NCBI RefSeq assembly: GCF_009914755.1
Contig: NC_060925.1
Length of the DNA stretch: 64,000 bases
Strand: one strand, 5' to 3'
Source: the human T2T-CHM13v2.0 reference genome, Homo sapiens
Shown here piece after piece: positions 38,116 to 54,345 of the stretch. Position numbers and translations under genes: made by a program. Positions within the stretch are counted from its first letter, which is position 1; each line of letters opens with the position of its first letter. Under the pieces are notes generated by a model. The model had not been told where the DNA came from. It ran no database searches and saw only the letters and a list, made by a program, of their open reading frames with translations.

Positions 38116-41100
38116 TTAATATATTATTTGGTTATAATAATAATTAGAAAACATCTCAAAATTTAGAAAGCATACCCATAAACATCATCTCATTAAATTC
38201 TTCAACAGTCTTGTGTGGTAAACATTATATTATCTCTAAATTATTAACAAGAAAAAAAATCCAGAGCCCAAGTAACTAGCTCAAGTTTGCAAAGCTAATG
38301 AGTGAGAAGGTAAGAAATTAAACTTACTCTATTTCATTAAAAAGCTTAAATTCTATTACTTCTCCATAGACTAATGCTATTTATTAAATCCTGCCAAAAT
38401 ACTTCTGCATTCAATGCTACCAAAGTCAAAGTTATAACTATTACACAATATTCAACAGGACTATAACCTAAAATGTTATATCTTAAAACATGTAAACTCA
38501 CTTACTACTTAAATGTATCAATGACCATAACAAAAGGCATTTATTTTCATTGCTATATCAATATATATAGGCATAGCTAGGGTGAAGGAAAAGGTTTTAT
38601 TTTATGCAGCAGTAAGTAATACTGAAAATCAAAAGAGTAGTATCTTTGATAATTTCACACATATTACCTAAGAAATAGCTGCTCAATTTTCCTCAAAAAA
38701 AATCTACAGGGAATTTTCATACAGAGCTCAAACTAGCTAAGGAACCACTTGGTTCAACAAGCTCTCTTTCTATACTGATGGTTAGCATTGAAACATACTG
38801 CCACCTTATGACAATTCTTTTTATATCTTAATTTTCAGAATATTCTGTTATAAAAATAAACCTTCACCAGGAATATAGCCATAATGTCTAGAAATTATCT
38901 GGAATTTATTTGAGATTTTTAAGTTATTAGCTCTATTGAAAGCAACCTGAGAGAAAAACACTACATTTAAAAGGGTATTTTTAGATTTGGAACAAAATAA
39001 TAATTTTGACATGGTTTCACAAGGATTTTTAAATCCAAGAATCAGGCATATAACTGATTACATGCTGGCAACTAACCTAAAATTTAGAATCTATTTTTCC
39101 AATAACAGTTTAAGAAGTTATATTCAAGTATTTGCCCTTATTGTCTCTATAATTTTGCAAACACACACACACACAAAGACTTACAAGCTGCAATAGCTTA
39201 GATTTGAAGAAAGTACAGGGAAAATAAAGACTAAAATTGAAAAAAGACTGTAAACATAAATACACTAGTGTGTGAAATTTACAAGAAGACAAAATAAAAC
39301 AGTACTACAAAATTACTACTACTACAAAATAAAGTACCTGTCTACATATAACCCTCTTTTTGAGTATCCACAGTAGAAATTTCCATTGCACCATGAAACA
39401 TGAAGTTTTTATACAGGAACTGATTTATTCTTCTCTATGGATCCAGTGATTCATGTTTGTAATGGGTTCTCTGTTTCCCTTTTTGCATTAGTTGCTAAAG
39501 TACTTACAGAATAATTTATTTTTTATCTTTATCAAGTATATAAGAAATCATGGCGTGCATTTTGTACAGTATTATCACTCCTGGTTGCATCTTTTTTTTT
39601 GGCCTTATTTTCACTTTGGCCTGGTAGTACCATTTACTTTATGTAACAACTTGTTTCTATGGAAAGATAAGAATTTAGAAGTTGAACAACTAGAACCAAC
39701 TCTAACTTTTACTAGCTGTAGGGCCATGATCAGTTACTTCATCTCTAGGATAAATTATAGATTGTCTATTCATAAGTTGTGACAAAAAATACCTTTAGAG
39801 ATATCTAATATTTATTGGGTGCCTAATATATAATGGCTACTTACATAACTTAATTTCTACATTGTTTGATTTCAGTGAAGCTTCTAAAATCAAGTTATGT
39901 TTTATAATTACATTTAATGCAGTTGTGTTCTCCCACAAAAGCAATTTTTAAATCAGTGATGTCTTGGAATTGAGGAAAAAGAGTATTAACTTATTGTACT
40001 GTACTTTTGTAATCACCTTTGTGTTCTTTTCGAATTAAGCAGAATTACTAACAAAAACATTTCAGTAAAATGCTCAGTTGCAGTTAAATCATAAATGGGG
40101 AAAAATTAGAAACTGATGAACAAATAAAGGCTATGATTAAGACTTCGACATTGTTGTTTTGAGAAAAAAGTTGACAATTCAGTAAACTTTTCCATATGTC
40201 ATGAACACTGAAAATTCACTAAAACTTGTTTAAACTTCATGGACAAAAGAACAATAAATTTTTTAAAAAGTCATGCACAATAACATAATGCTTAGTTTAA
40301 TTACTGATTTGCTGTTTGCCCAAAGTTTTAATCAAGAGAGTTCTTACATGTGGATAACAATGATGACATCTGTAAAAGCTAGTGCCACGTTTAACTCCTC
40401 CAGGCACTACAGCACCTGGTGACGCCACAGGGAAGAAATCATGGATACTTCTTGAACATACTGCAACAGCTGTCAACTCAGAAGGAGGTATATTCTAAGT
40501 TCTACCAAGCAAGTAGTACTCTACAAAACCTCATTCTGTCCCTTCTTTTAACTGAAAAGAAGCCAGATGGAAACATGCAACTTGTCAAATTGCAAATGAA
40601 GAATTACTATAAACTGTATTGCATGGATCTCTGGGTGTTCACCACTAAAAATTTGGTCGCTCAATTTGCAGAGTAATTTCACTGACATTTAAAGAAAACT
40701 AAAGATGCTTGATACTATTTCAGATAAAGACAATATCATATTTTTAAGAGAATACAGCAAGGTAAAGACAATGAAAATATGAACGTATCTTTAACATAAC
40801 AGCAGAACAAATAACTAACAGGCATTATTCTAGAAGCTTCATAATGTCCAGAATGACTACAACTGCAACTCTCACGACAGTTAATGGGGCAATCTGCTTG
40901 GAGCACACAGCCACAGAAAACCAAGAAAACAAGCTGTATTACTCATGATACAGCAGTCTTAGCTACACTGCTATGGTTGGCTAAACCTCCACCTGTATCT
41001 TCATTATAGAGTTCTATTTCCATCCACTGTATGTGATTACTATAAATGTTTAAACATTTTGAGGAAATATTCATTGTAAATGTATACAAAAGTAAAAACT

Positions 41101-43225
41101 AATAAATTTGCTTTATACTTTTGGTACAAAAATTACCTATGATTTTAAGACCACCATTTGTTTGATAAAATTAGACATATGTAGTTATCTCATATTTAGA
41201 GTGTAAGCATTACCATTTCTGAGATGCCCCAGGGAATGTTTTGATTTGCTCATCCATTCTTGTATGTCTACATATATGCATCCATTGAGCACCTACTGTA
41301 TAACATGTTCCATGCATGTTTAGTTACATAAAGACATCCTTTCAACATCATTAAACCCTTCTTTAACAACTAGAGTCTTGTTTAGGGTAGAAAAAATGCC
41401 CTGCAAGTTCTGAAACAAAATGATTTATATCAACCTGAATCACATCCTAAATGTATATGTGATCCTAATGATGTGATAAAGATCACTGAGTTCCTGAGAG
41501 TATCCATGAACACACCTTCCAAAACTGTGGTACAAATAATTTCTTAGCAGCTTTAAATGATAGACATTATTTACCTATCTTCTAAAGAAACCCTAAAAAT
41601 TATACAAATGATTTTAACAAGTCAACTCACATTTTTTCTATACCAATAATGCATTTTAATGTGGTTAATCAGCACTAAATAATATTTCAAATGCTTATAA
41701 ATTTAGATACAGCTTAGCTCAATAACCACACCATGCATGTCCACAGAGGAGAAGACTGAGTCTTAGCAAAGGTTGAGAAAGCTGCTTAAGATCACACAGA
41801 AACAGGATATGGTGGTTCTGACTGATTCACTTTAGCGTCAGGCCTGTGTCTCATTCCAATCCTTTATTCTTTGGTAAATCTCTTAGACCGAAAAGTGCAA
41901 CACTGGAAGGTATTAGTACAAGGTAACCATGTAGGGACAGAAAGATAAATTTTAAGTTGTTGAGGAAGTAAACTCAGACACCTTTTTCTGTTCTCTCTCT
42001 TCCTCATCCTCTCACACTAATAGATACATGATTAAACCACTGCAAACAAAGGTCTGTGGAGGATGCTTTGTCCATACTGCCTGGTTCACTTCACATTACA
42101 TAAATCACGGCGCAGAGCTACCAGCCTAAACCACCTCTGTTATCTTCATTTCTCTACAGATTTGCCTTTCTTTCAAACCCACTATCCCATTTTCTTCTGT
42201 GGCCCCAGACAGCTGTCTTTGCAGCACAACAGACAGCAGTCACTGCAGCTTTGCTTTGAGCATGTTCTACAGAAGTCCACATCCCTTGCAGTTGCCTTTC
42301 CTGGATCATGGGACCCCATCACAGTGAGCTCTTCCCTATCTGCAGGTAGAGGACTAAGAATTATACATTTGCTGGGGGCACTGCCATGTATACTCACTTT
42401 ACTTCCCATTTTACTAAACTGTATTCTAATTTTATTCATTTCCCTGTTTAGATTTAAAACGTTCAGTAAAAGCACAGAAAGTAAAAGTAGTATAAAGGCA
42501 AGACCAGTGAATGAAAAACAACTCAGAAATTGACCACAAATTCAGTGCTACTTTATATGACAATCCCTTCTATCTTTAATAGTATTAATCAAATGTCTTA
42601 AATCATTTATAAAGAGTAAATTATTTTCCTTTGATACCTTTGACAGAATAAATGGTCAAAGTCCTTTGTTACTTTTGTCTGTAGGAGTCAGGACTGAGAA
42701 AGTATTCCCTGGATATCAGGTGGTGGTATCATCAGGGTGATACCATGGTTCACCCTAATGTGAGCCATGTGAGCCGACATAGTGAAGGCACAGTCCTAGG
42801 GGAATGTGCAATACTGTGGTGGGCACTGGAGAATTCTGAAAGCATGGGGTAGGAGTGTGTTGGAGAGAAGCACCAAATGCTAGCTGTTATAATCCCTGTG
42901 TTACTCATCTCTCAAATGTCCCCTTTCTATTTCTTACAGAGCCAACGCTGTTGAACAGAAAAGGATAAAAAATGGATTTTTGAAAAAACTATTATTCGAA
43001 TGATCATGACTATAAATAACTGGCCTCCTCCAAAATGAAAAAGAACTCCATGCCCTAGTTGTACAGGAATAGGTATTGATCATCCTACTTAAAGTAATAC
43101 TTTTATACAAGATGACTTACACCACAGAAAATCAGATGTGCTTTATCGGGTTTGGCAAGTAGGGACTGCTTTCCCAGGGAGATGTTTCCAAATAAGGAAA
43201 GAATACAGCTTTGTTATTTTATTTT

Positions 43226-43537
43226 ATTTTTTATTTATTTATTTACTTATTTATTTTTTTGAGACAGAGTCTTGCTGTCACTCATGATGGAGTATAGTGG
43301 TGTGATCTCGGCTCACTGCAACCTCCACCTCCTGGATTCAAGTGATTCTCTCACCTCAGCCTTCTGAGTAGCTGGGATTACAGGCATCCACCACCACACC
43401 CAGCTAATTATTGTGTTTTAGAGATGGGGTTTCACCATGTTGGCCAAGCTGGTCTTGAACTTCTGACTTCAGGTGACCCACCTGTCTTGGCCTCCCAAAG
43501 TGCTGAGATTACAAGGTGTGAGCCACCACACCCAGCC
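43226..43537 (-). mobile_element. AluSx-like
   Basis: Complete reverse Alu; TSD ttgttattttatttt (43211-43225, 43538-43552). Confidence 0.93.
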
Positions 43538-45434
43538 TTGTTATTTTATTTTTAATCAAAGTAAGGAGGCATCATTTACCAGAGGTCATGAAACTGGAAA
43601 AGACAAAAAAAGTTGCAGATTCGGAAGACAACTCATTCAGAGAAAGGCTACACCTTTCTTATGGTCAGTAATTTATTCTAAATCCCAAGTCTAACCCAAT
43701 ATCATGGTAACAGAAAGCATCAGCTTTTCCCTGAAATCTCTCATGCTTCCAATAAAATAATGGTTCCCATGACAATAGATGCTACCTCAGCAGAGGCAAG
43801 TTCAGAGTACAGGCAGTACACATATCTTGGCTTAATAAGCAGGGAGGAAACTACACTGGCAGTATTATCCTCTCACTTTCTTTTTGCTGTTAGTAATAGA
43901 AGTAATAGGTTATAAGAGATATGAATCACATTATCAGCCATCTAATATGCAATACTTGACTTCATTTGATTTTCTATTCCAAAGAGACTGTCAGCGTTCA
44001 ACATAGGAGGAATACTAAAAAGCAAAATGGGAGACATGACGATTCCTGCTAATTGCCATTCATTACCTCTCCAAACAACAGTGTTTCCTTAGATATAAGC
44101 CATGCTTTTCCTTTTTTAAAAAAAAAAATTACTCTTACAGTGTAAATAAAACCAATTTCTCAGCGCTTTATACCAACAGTTGAGAGTGTAGGTATCTACT
44201 TAGTAACCAAGCTTCCCTGGCAAGAAGCTCTAGGGGATATATGAAGTAGATCTCTAGATGAAGAGGACATAAAGAACAAGAGAACACACTTAAGTCTCTA
44301 AGTGTTTTAAACAAATGTAAATATATGTAGTTTTATAAGACTAAACTATCTTTCTGAAGAAGTGTAGTACAAAATGTTCTGGGTGGTTCTCATTTAACAA
44401 AATAGGCGATTACTTTACCAAGAAAAGAAATCCAGTTTATATTTCCTATTACTCCACACAGGCACTATGGAAGCACTCTCTCTCATAAATGATCTGTGTT
44501 CAAATCTACCTACCTCTCTCCTATTTCCTTTTCAGACAGTCTCTTCTAACTACTGTGAAAAACATGTGAGGGATGCATATTACCAGATTAACCTGAGTTA
44601 TCCAATGTGACATTGTCATGAGACTGTGATTTGGACTGTCATCTATATCAACTTCTTAAGGCCTCCATTTTTTATACAGTTAAATAGACACTAACAAAGG
44701 TAGCCAATACATAAAATTTTATGTCCAGAAGAATTTTAATGACAAACAGATGCTAGGAAAACAATTCCTGCCCTGGTTACTTTTGTGTGAGGATATAATG
44801 TGCTTAAAAGCAAGAAAGACAATAAGCTATTTGTAAAATATAATTTTTTATAATTTCATGGTGTTCTGATTTTAATAAACACAAATAAATTTATTAATCT
44901 TTGCTGTCTAATGAAAATTATTCACATCCTGTTGTTTAGTAAAATCATTAAATGAGAATATAGCTAATACAAACTTTTATTTGTAGAAAGAGAAAAACAT
45001 AGCAGCATAGCAAAATATACTTGCATTTTGTATAAGCTTCAAACACCACAAAGTCCATTGAACGTTTAATAATTATGCATATTTCATTTGTTATTTTCAT
45101 AATGTATAACATATAAAAGTACTTTACTGAATATGAGAAAGGTAAAAATCTATCTCCCTGAGATACAACATGCACCACACAGATTTCTTCTATCTGTGTG
45201 TTCTTCATACTGTCATACAAATCAGTTTGGATCACTGTTTTATGTTATGCATATTATTCAATTTGAATATATATTTAAAGTGGTATTTCACAAATGGAAG
45301 AAAATAATTACTTACACACATATTTGTGATTTGAAGCTTTCAACAGGCAATGACACTCATCCATCAACAGTCTTCAATGCCGTATGTTTTTATAGCAGTT
45401 CTCCAAACATGAATAGAACCTAAATATGCAGTGA

Positions 45435-45838
<404 letters not shown>

Positions 45839-47855
45839 GGGCCACTGACTCTTGACTGCAATGATATCTTCCCAATTTGGCCTTTAAATCTTGGGTCAAC
45901 GATATGCCTCAGCCAAATTAAAAAAAAAAAAAAGAAAGAAAAGGGATTCAACTTCTCTCCCAAAATACGCAATTTAAGACAATCAGAAGATGAATGGCAA
46001 TTAAATCACATTACTCTAAAAAGAACAAGGGCAACTTTTAGAAAAGCATTCCTTTCTCTTTTACATGTTTATTATTAACCAACACTTTACCAATTCTAAC
46101 AAACTTGATGATTGGTGCCCTAGAAAATTTATATTTCTGATGAAATTCATGGATTCTTTTAACGTACAGATGAAAACAAGTGTGATATGTAAAAATGTGG
46201 ACATTTGTGACGTGTAATTGGCCTTCACTTTTACGCAAAAGACATCTTCCTTACAAATGATTTTTTTTAAAGCACAAAGATAAAATGTGCTTAGTCCACT
46301 CTGAATTATTGTAATGTTCTCATCTAAAACCACCATCTATCAAAGATTATCTTATTTTATACCAAAGGACCATCCATTCAATATTTATCCTTCTCATCCT
46401 GGAAATGTGCTCACACACAAGATGAGGGCCCTACCTGAGGAGACATTTGTATAAGTCATTTTATTAGCTTGTCTCTGAATAAAACAGAATAGACACCTGA
46501 AGTTTACACCTAAAGAGCAGCACTATTTTTAGGCTGAAGAGTGTGATTTCTGAAGGCCAATATTAAATTACACATTCTGAAGGCAATGAGTTAACTTATG
46601 TTATCTTGGCAACAAGGAGTTATTACTTATTTTGTTTGACCTAAAAATAGCAAAAATTTGCAAAGGGAAAGCTTGTTAAAATATAGTATATACCTGAAAG
46701 AATTTGGGTGGAAATAAAAAGCTAATTATTACATAACTAGTGAGGGAGAAAACTGTGTAAATTGTTCTCCTTTTGCATGGAAGTTCCTAACTTCTAGACT
46801 AGTTAGCCATTGCTTCATATTTTATGCTTTATTTCTCTGGCTTTGAGGAAAAAAAACCACAGGTCACTGTGAACTAAGAACAGTCCTTAAAATATTCATG
46901 CATTCTCCTATTTTCCATACAATAGTAATGAAAAAAATTGAACATTTGGTCAATTACAGAAAATACTACTACAATTTTCAAGTTATATATGCACACAAAT
47001 AATACCTAAATTCAGAAAGAAAATAAAGCCTCTCATCTTGTTTCACAGATTTCCCAGTAGGATACTTGATATTGGCAGTGAAAATATTTGAAAGCATAAC
47101 TTAATAAGCCACAATTGCATCAACATCTAAAGTAAAATGAAATAAGTGAGACTTTTATCCTAAACAGTGAAATAGATCATAATGAAAACACTTTGGAAAT
47201 AAAGAAGTTTCAAGATGCTATATCACAACTGCTGGCTTAAATTGTCAACCTGCATTTCTAGCCTGCATTTAGAATAATGGCAGTCATCCATGGCAAAGTT
47301 CCCCTGCTAGTCTGTAATACGTGAAGAAGAAGAAAGAGGTCTATTTACAAGATTCAACTTACCGTTAGGCAGAGAAGTAGCAAACACTTTAAAGAATAAT
47401 TCTTGGCAAAGACTGCAAGTCTAAGGCACACCATTTAAAATAATGATCCTTCTGCAATTTTTATGATGTCCTCCATTTGTTCATAAAAAAGAAAAAAAAA
47501 GCTAAATCTTAAGGGAAATTCTGAACAAACAGAAGTTCCGTCGAACAAGGCTATAACAATAATAGAGCACTTTTGAAAACTAAGTTAAACTCAAAATCCT
47601 CTTTTCTGAAAAGAGGTGAAGATATTTACATGTAAGTGCTAAAATATAAGCATATATAAACATTGATATTACCATAATCAACAACTTCAACATAGAGATC
47701 ACTCTACCATTGACCTTTATTGGTCACCTGCTGCATACATATAAGAGACAAGATTTAGTAATAAAGCTTCCTCTAGAAAAATCACACGGTAGTAGAGAGG
47801 TAGACAGGTTAAATTGCCATTGCAACACAATGTGAAAACTACTTTATTTGTAATA

Positions 47856-48486
47856 AGTGGCAGCTTTACTTCAAAGATGGTGCCAATAAACCCTCCCATC
47901 CCTGTATGTCCGTGATATTTATCCCATGAAGATATATAGAGAGCTGCAACAGCAACCCATGAGGTATGTGCAGGACGTGGGGCAGCTTTGGGGAAGAAAC
48001 AAAGCTACAGAGGAGGCACATTAACAGGGACTTGGGACCTTCATTCCCTTCCCTTGAATCTGGACTACTTTGTGAGTTCCAATGACCTATAAAATGATGG
48101 CAGAAGTGATGCTGCACCAGTTTTGAACCTGGTTTTAAAGAAGCTTGGTAACTTCCACTTTTGCTCCTTTAGAATCCAGACCTCTAGGCTGTAAGATATT
48201 AGTTTAGCCTACCAAAGGAGGAGAAGCCATATGAGAGAGAAGAAAGATGCCAGATACCTTAGCTGACGATCAGTACCAACTGTCAACTACATGAGAGACC
48301 ATCTTGGTCCTGCCAGCATCAGCGGCGCTCCCACATCACTGAAATAGTTTGAATGAGCTCAAGCAAGACCAACGAACTACCCACTGAGTCCAGCCAATTG
48401 ACACAATTGCAAAAAATTATAAGTTGTTATTGCATTAGGCCATTGAGGTTTGGAATGGTTGATTATGTAGCAATTGATAACTAACA
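47856..48486 (+). mobile_element. MLT1(F/G/H)-type MaLR solo LTR carrying a foreign insert
   Basis: caaagatggtgccaataaaccctcccatccctgtatg...cccttgaatctgg...atggcagaagtgatgctg...ggtttggaatggttgattatgtagcaattgataactaaca. Confidence 0.75.
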
Positions 48487-48640
48487 TGAAGTGAGAAAAA
48501 AGTGATCAAGGAGTACATAGGCCTATAGAATCCAACCTGATTTTCCCAAGGCTAATCAGCTAATAAAGGACAGAAAGGCAATTCCCCTGAATTCTCATCC
48601 AGGATTGAATAATATTGCAAAGGCAAAAATACAAGCTGTA

Positions 48641-48924
48641 TTATTTTTCTTATTGTTGTTGTTGTTGTTGTTGTTTGTTTCCAAGCAAACTCTGGCTCTA
48701 TGGCCCAGGCACCATCTCGGCTCACTGCAACCTCCGCCTCCCAGGTTCAAGTCATCGTCCTACCTAAGCCTCCTGAGTAGCTAGGACTACAGGCATGCAC
48801 CACCATGCCCGGCTAATTTTTGTATTTTTTGTAGAGATGGGGTTTCACCACGTTACCCAGGCTGGTCTCAAACTGGTGAGCTCATGCGATCTACCGCCCA
48901 CCTAGGCTTCCCAAAGTGCTGGGA
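48641..48924 (-). mobile_element. Old Alu (Jb/Sz-like), 5'-truncated, (CAA)n-type tail
   Basis: Ends at ...cccaaagtgctggga; TSD acaagctgt (48631-48639, 48925-48933). Confidence 0.88.
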
Positions 48925-51024
48925 ACAAGCTGTTTAATGCAAACACCTGTGGCTGAATAAAACCTTAACCCAAGAAATAACCTGCACTGGGATACACATT
49001 AGTACCTTCATTCAATAATAAATTCATAGTGACCCAGAATCTGGCTAATGTCCACATAACAGCCCTAATTTGAGTATAAAATTAATCTACTAATTACCCA
49101 GTATTAAAATTTGAAAGCACTATCCATATATTACATATTTCAGAAGCAAATATAACTAATCACATGAGCTGACCCTCCCTCAGAAATGCTTTATATGAGA
49201 CACAGTTTAATGATATGGCTTCTGACTATACTGGGAGCATCAATCATTTAACAGCATTTCTTTCTTTTGCAAAATTGAATCACAAGCTATTATTTGCATG
49301 TTTACTATTGATCAGTAAGATACAAAACCCTGCATGGTGAATTCTAGTAGTTTAAATTCTGGGAAATAGTTTATGAAAATGAATTTTAGGCTTTCACCCT
49401 CAGAAAATAAATCATATTATTTATTGTAGATGATAAGGAAAATTTTAAATAGCCTTGTTTTTTCTGTGCTTTTTTTCTCACCTCCCACACTTCCTTCCAA
49501 GCCCATATGACCTCATGCTGGCCTAAGTTCCTTTGCTACTTCATAATTTTCTCAAAAGCAGTATTTGAATAACAAAATTAAGAATAAAATAAATATGTCT
49601 TCTTAGATATACCTCCTGAAAGACTCCGTGTCCACAAATCACTCAGCTCCCTTCCTCAAATCAAAATGCTCAACCTCTGAGTACAGCTGATCTCAGCTAG
49701 TTATTAGCATGCAGCTTTAACACAATATGATTAATTTATATACTGCTTTAAGTCTTTGATAGACTTAGAGATTGATGGTTTTGAAAAACAAAAAACGAAG
49801 CCCTTCAAGATTGCAAGGGAGAAATATCAAGTTAAAGAACAGAGAAAAACCGCAAAGCATCACTTGAGGTATTTGTGGGAGGTGGGGCAGCTTTGGGGAA
49901 GGAACAAGTCTAATGAGGAGCCACATTAACAGAAACCTGGGACCTACGTTGTAAACTTTTCATCTACCTCCCTCAAGAAATCATCTGGAATCCCCACACT
50001 GCTTACCATTTTCTAAGAGCAAACTCTTTCTGGTATTGGAGAAAAATGATCAATTCTGTCTTAAAGTTGGCCTAGGTTCAAAACGAATACTCTTCATGGA
50101 CCCAGCTGACTTCAAGATCACGTGCTTTTTACACAGAAAAGTTGCTGCTAAAAGAGGTCACTTTTCTTGCATAAGAAAGAGAGGAATGATACTAATATTT
50201 TAGTCTCTAATAGTTATTTCTTAAACATATTGAAAAGGATGATACAAAGCCCAGAAGGATTCTACACCAGACGACCCTAGAGAGAACTGATTTTCTACAG
50301 AATTTACACATTTCAAACAAAAATACAATGTTTTCATGGAGGGCACAGAATAGTCTGCAACAATGTGATTTATATGGTTCTCTTACTTTTCTGACATTTG
50401 TCTCAGAAAACGTGCTTGAATACATTCTATTTTTCTGCAAAATGTGGATAATACCATATGTTGAAAAAGTAAAAACAGTGTGGTTATTTTCTGTGTTCTC
50501 ACCATTTGGATATTATTTCTTACTCTCTTCACATCTCTTTTTCACTCATCTTTAGAATTCTTCAAAAGACTAGGCTCATGTTAGGTCACATATTGGAAAA
50601 AGTAGAATTACTAGAAAGACATTCTGTTGAGTTCAAAAGATTCAATTAGGAAAAAAAATCAACAGATGATTTTAATCAAATTTGTAAGCATGATTAAAGA
50701 TTATCTACAATTTTCACGTCCTTATTTGCTTTAGTATAAGCTGCTATCAAAAATAAATTTCCAGTTATCTATTAAACTATTGAAAGACATTTTATGAATA
50801 GATAAGTTATTCTGTTGAGCTTATAGCTTCTTTATTAATTTTTACATATTCAGTAAGAAAAAAGGCAGTTGGTTCATCCAAAGTTATGTCTAAATAACAG
50901 TTTAATACATAATGTACATAAACACAGATTTTTCTCATAAGACATCAGGATTACCCACAGTTCTCAAGTGGCATGATTCACATTTTTAAGAAATATTTAA
51001 TGCTTCCCTTTTATTAAATGCTTT

Positions 51025-51178
51025 CCACAACATTGTGGGATGTATTGTATTTCCGACCCCTTCCTATCAAATGTCAGAGAACCTAAAAATCATTGTGACA
51101 ATCATTTCCAAATGTCCATACATTTCCAAATGTCCTCCAAAAGACAGGAACACCCAGTCCCCCAGTTAAGAACTACTA
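51025..51178 (+). mobile_element. MER20/MER3-like hAT-Charlie fragment
   Basis: cattgtgacaat...catttccaaatgtcc...cccagttaagaactact terminal motif. Confidence 0.55.
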
Positions 51179-52108
51179 GACTCACAATATGATTCAGGAA
51201 GGAAAACATCTTCACAAAATTAAAACCACTGAAACCTCTGCTTAATTTGGAAACCATAATGATGTGCTTTTGCAACTGTAGCATTAGAGTATTGGAACAA
51301 GTTTTGTGGTCTAATGTAGATTCATACTACAGGTGTGCTAAATTTGTACCATGTGTAAATTTTTTGAAGGAGTAATTTGCATTTTTGGTAACACAGAATG
51401 TCTCCAGAGAAGCCATGCTTAAGTCTAGTAACTAAATGTGATGGTCTGGTTGTGAATCAGCTGGCCTCAGATACAGTTCTTTTTACTACTTTAAAAACTT
51501 CTTTCTTTTGAGAAAAAGAATAATTAAATGCTAGTGTATTGACTAACCTAATTTATCCTATTCAGTTTCCCACACTGAGGACAGAGAAAAAACAAGCATT
51601 TTATACACCTGTCTAAAGCTATTCTGATCACTAAAATTTGTGCACTCAAATATTTAGCTGCACCAATATTGTAATGGATCTTTTTTATGTTACATTGTAG
51701 GAAAAGACAAAGAAGTAGAAATATAGAAAGGAAGTTAGTAATGGGTAAAAAAGAAAAAAACCCAAATATTGTCAATATCCTATTGCTCTGCGAAGCAGAG
51801 TGCTCATAATATTTTGAGTTTGAGAAACCAATTACAAAAAAAAACTATATTTTTAAATGCTTTAGCTGATGGAATGGATTCATACTTCTTAATTGTTCTA
51901 AGAGAACCTTTCACCTGCTAACTCTATTATGCATAGTCATAATGCAGTACCGAGTGAAGATATTTCCATTAACAACTATTTTTGGTATGCCCATTAGACA
52001 CAAGGAAGGACAGTGCAGTAAGAAGACCTTAATCATAGATACTCCTGACGCCAAACTAGTCATATGGCCTTGCCCATCTCCCAAAGAGAAAAATACTGCT
52101 ACTGAGCT

Positions 52109-52395
52109 TTTATTTTTTTATTTTATTTTTTTTTTTTGAGACAGAGTCTTGCTCTGCTGCCCAGGCTGGAGTGCAGTGGTGCAAGCTTGGCTCACTGCAA
52201 CCTCCACCCCCCAGGTTCAAGCAATTCTCTCTGCTTCCAGGCAGCCAACACACCCAGCTAATTTTTATATTTTTTAGTAGAGACGGGGTTTCACCATGTT
52301 GGTCAGGCCGATCTTGAACTATTGACCTCAGGTGATCTGTCCACCTCAGCCTCCCAAACTGCTGGGATTACAGGCGTGAGCCACCGCGCCTGGCC
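52109..52395 (-). mobile_element. AluS with right-arm deletion
   Basis: TSD gctactgagct (52098-52108, 52396-52406). Confidence 0.92.
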
Positions 52396-52559
52396 GCTAC
52401 TGAGCTCTTTAGTCTGCATCAGATCTTCTTAATGCTAAATACTTTACACACATAGTTTTCTCACTTAGTGTTTACTGCATGCCATTATCATTATCTCCAC
52501 TTTACAGATGATGAAACTAAGCCTCAATCACATCAAAACGCCCATAAAATTTCATGAAA

Positions 52560-53034
52560 ATAAGAGAATGACACTTCATCTTAGTTCTTGTCCTCCCAAA
52601 ACCAGTAATCCCACTCTAATCATGAGGAAAACATCAGACGAATTCTAAGTAAGGCACATTCTACAAAATACTTGACCAATACTCCTCAAAACTGTCAAGG
52701 TCATCAAAAACAGGGTAAGTTGGACAAACTGCCACAGCCAAGAGAAGCCTCAGAAGACATAACACGTAAATATAATTTGGTATCCTGGATGGAATTCTAA
52801 ATCAGAAAAAGAACATTATGTAAAAACTGAGGAAATACGAATAAAGTATGCACTTCAGTTAATAATAATGTATCAATACTGGTTCATTAATTTGACAAAG
52901 CACATTTATATAAGATGTTAAAGATAAAGGAAACTGACTTGGTGTAGGTGGGAAATCTCTATATAGTGTACTGTCTCTGCTATTTTTCTGTAACCCTAAA
53001 ACTATTCCTAAGTTTTAAAATATGTTTTAAAAAA
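52560..53034 (+). mobile_element. L1MD-like 3' end
   Basis: ctaatcatgaggaaaacatcagac...ctcctcaaaactgtcaaggtcatcaaaaaca...tatcctggatggaattc...ctgtaaccctaaaactatt. Confidence 0.8.

Positions 53035-54345
<1,311 letters not shown>

Noticed and set aside
40405-40432. CTCF-like motif cagcacctggtgacgccac
   Set aside because: Mismatches at core positions in both orientations; not supportable without ChIP data.
42182-42475. Cys-rich minus-strand ORF (CRTCSKQSCSDCCLLCCKDSC) resembling metallothionein/KRTAP
   Set aside because: Cys spacing does not fit those families, the start is non-ATG, and the pattern arises from ctg/cag-rich sequence.
42063-42533. Longest ORF in the track (156 aa, +)
   Set aside because: No recognisable domain; Leu/Ser/Phe-rich composition typical of chance intronic ORFs.
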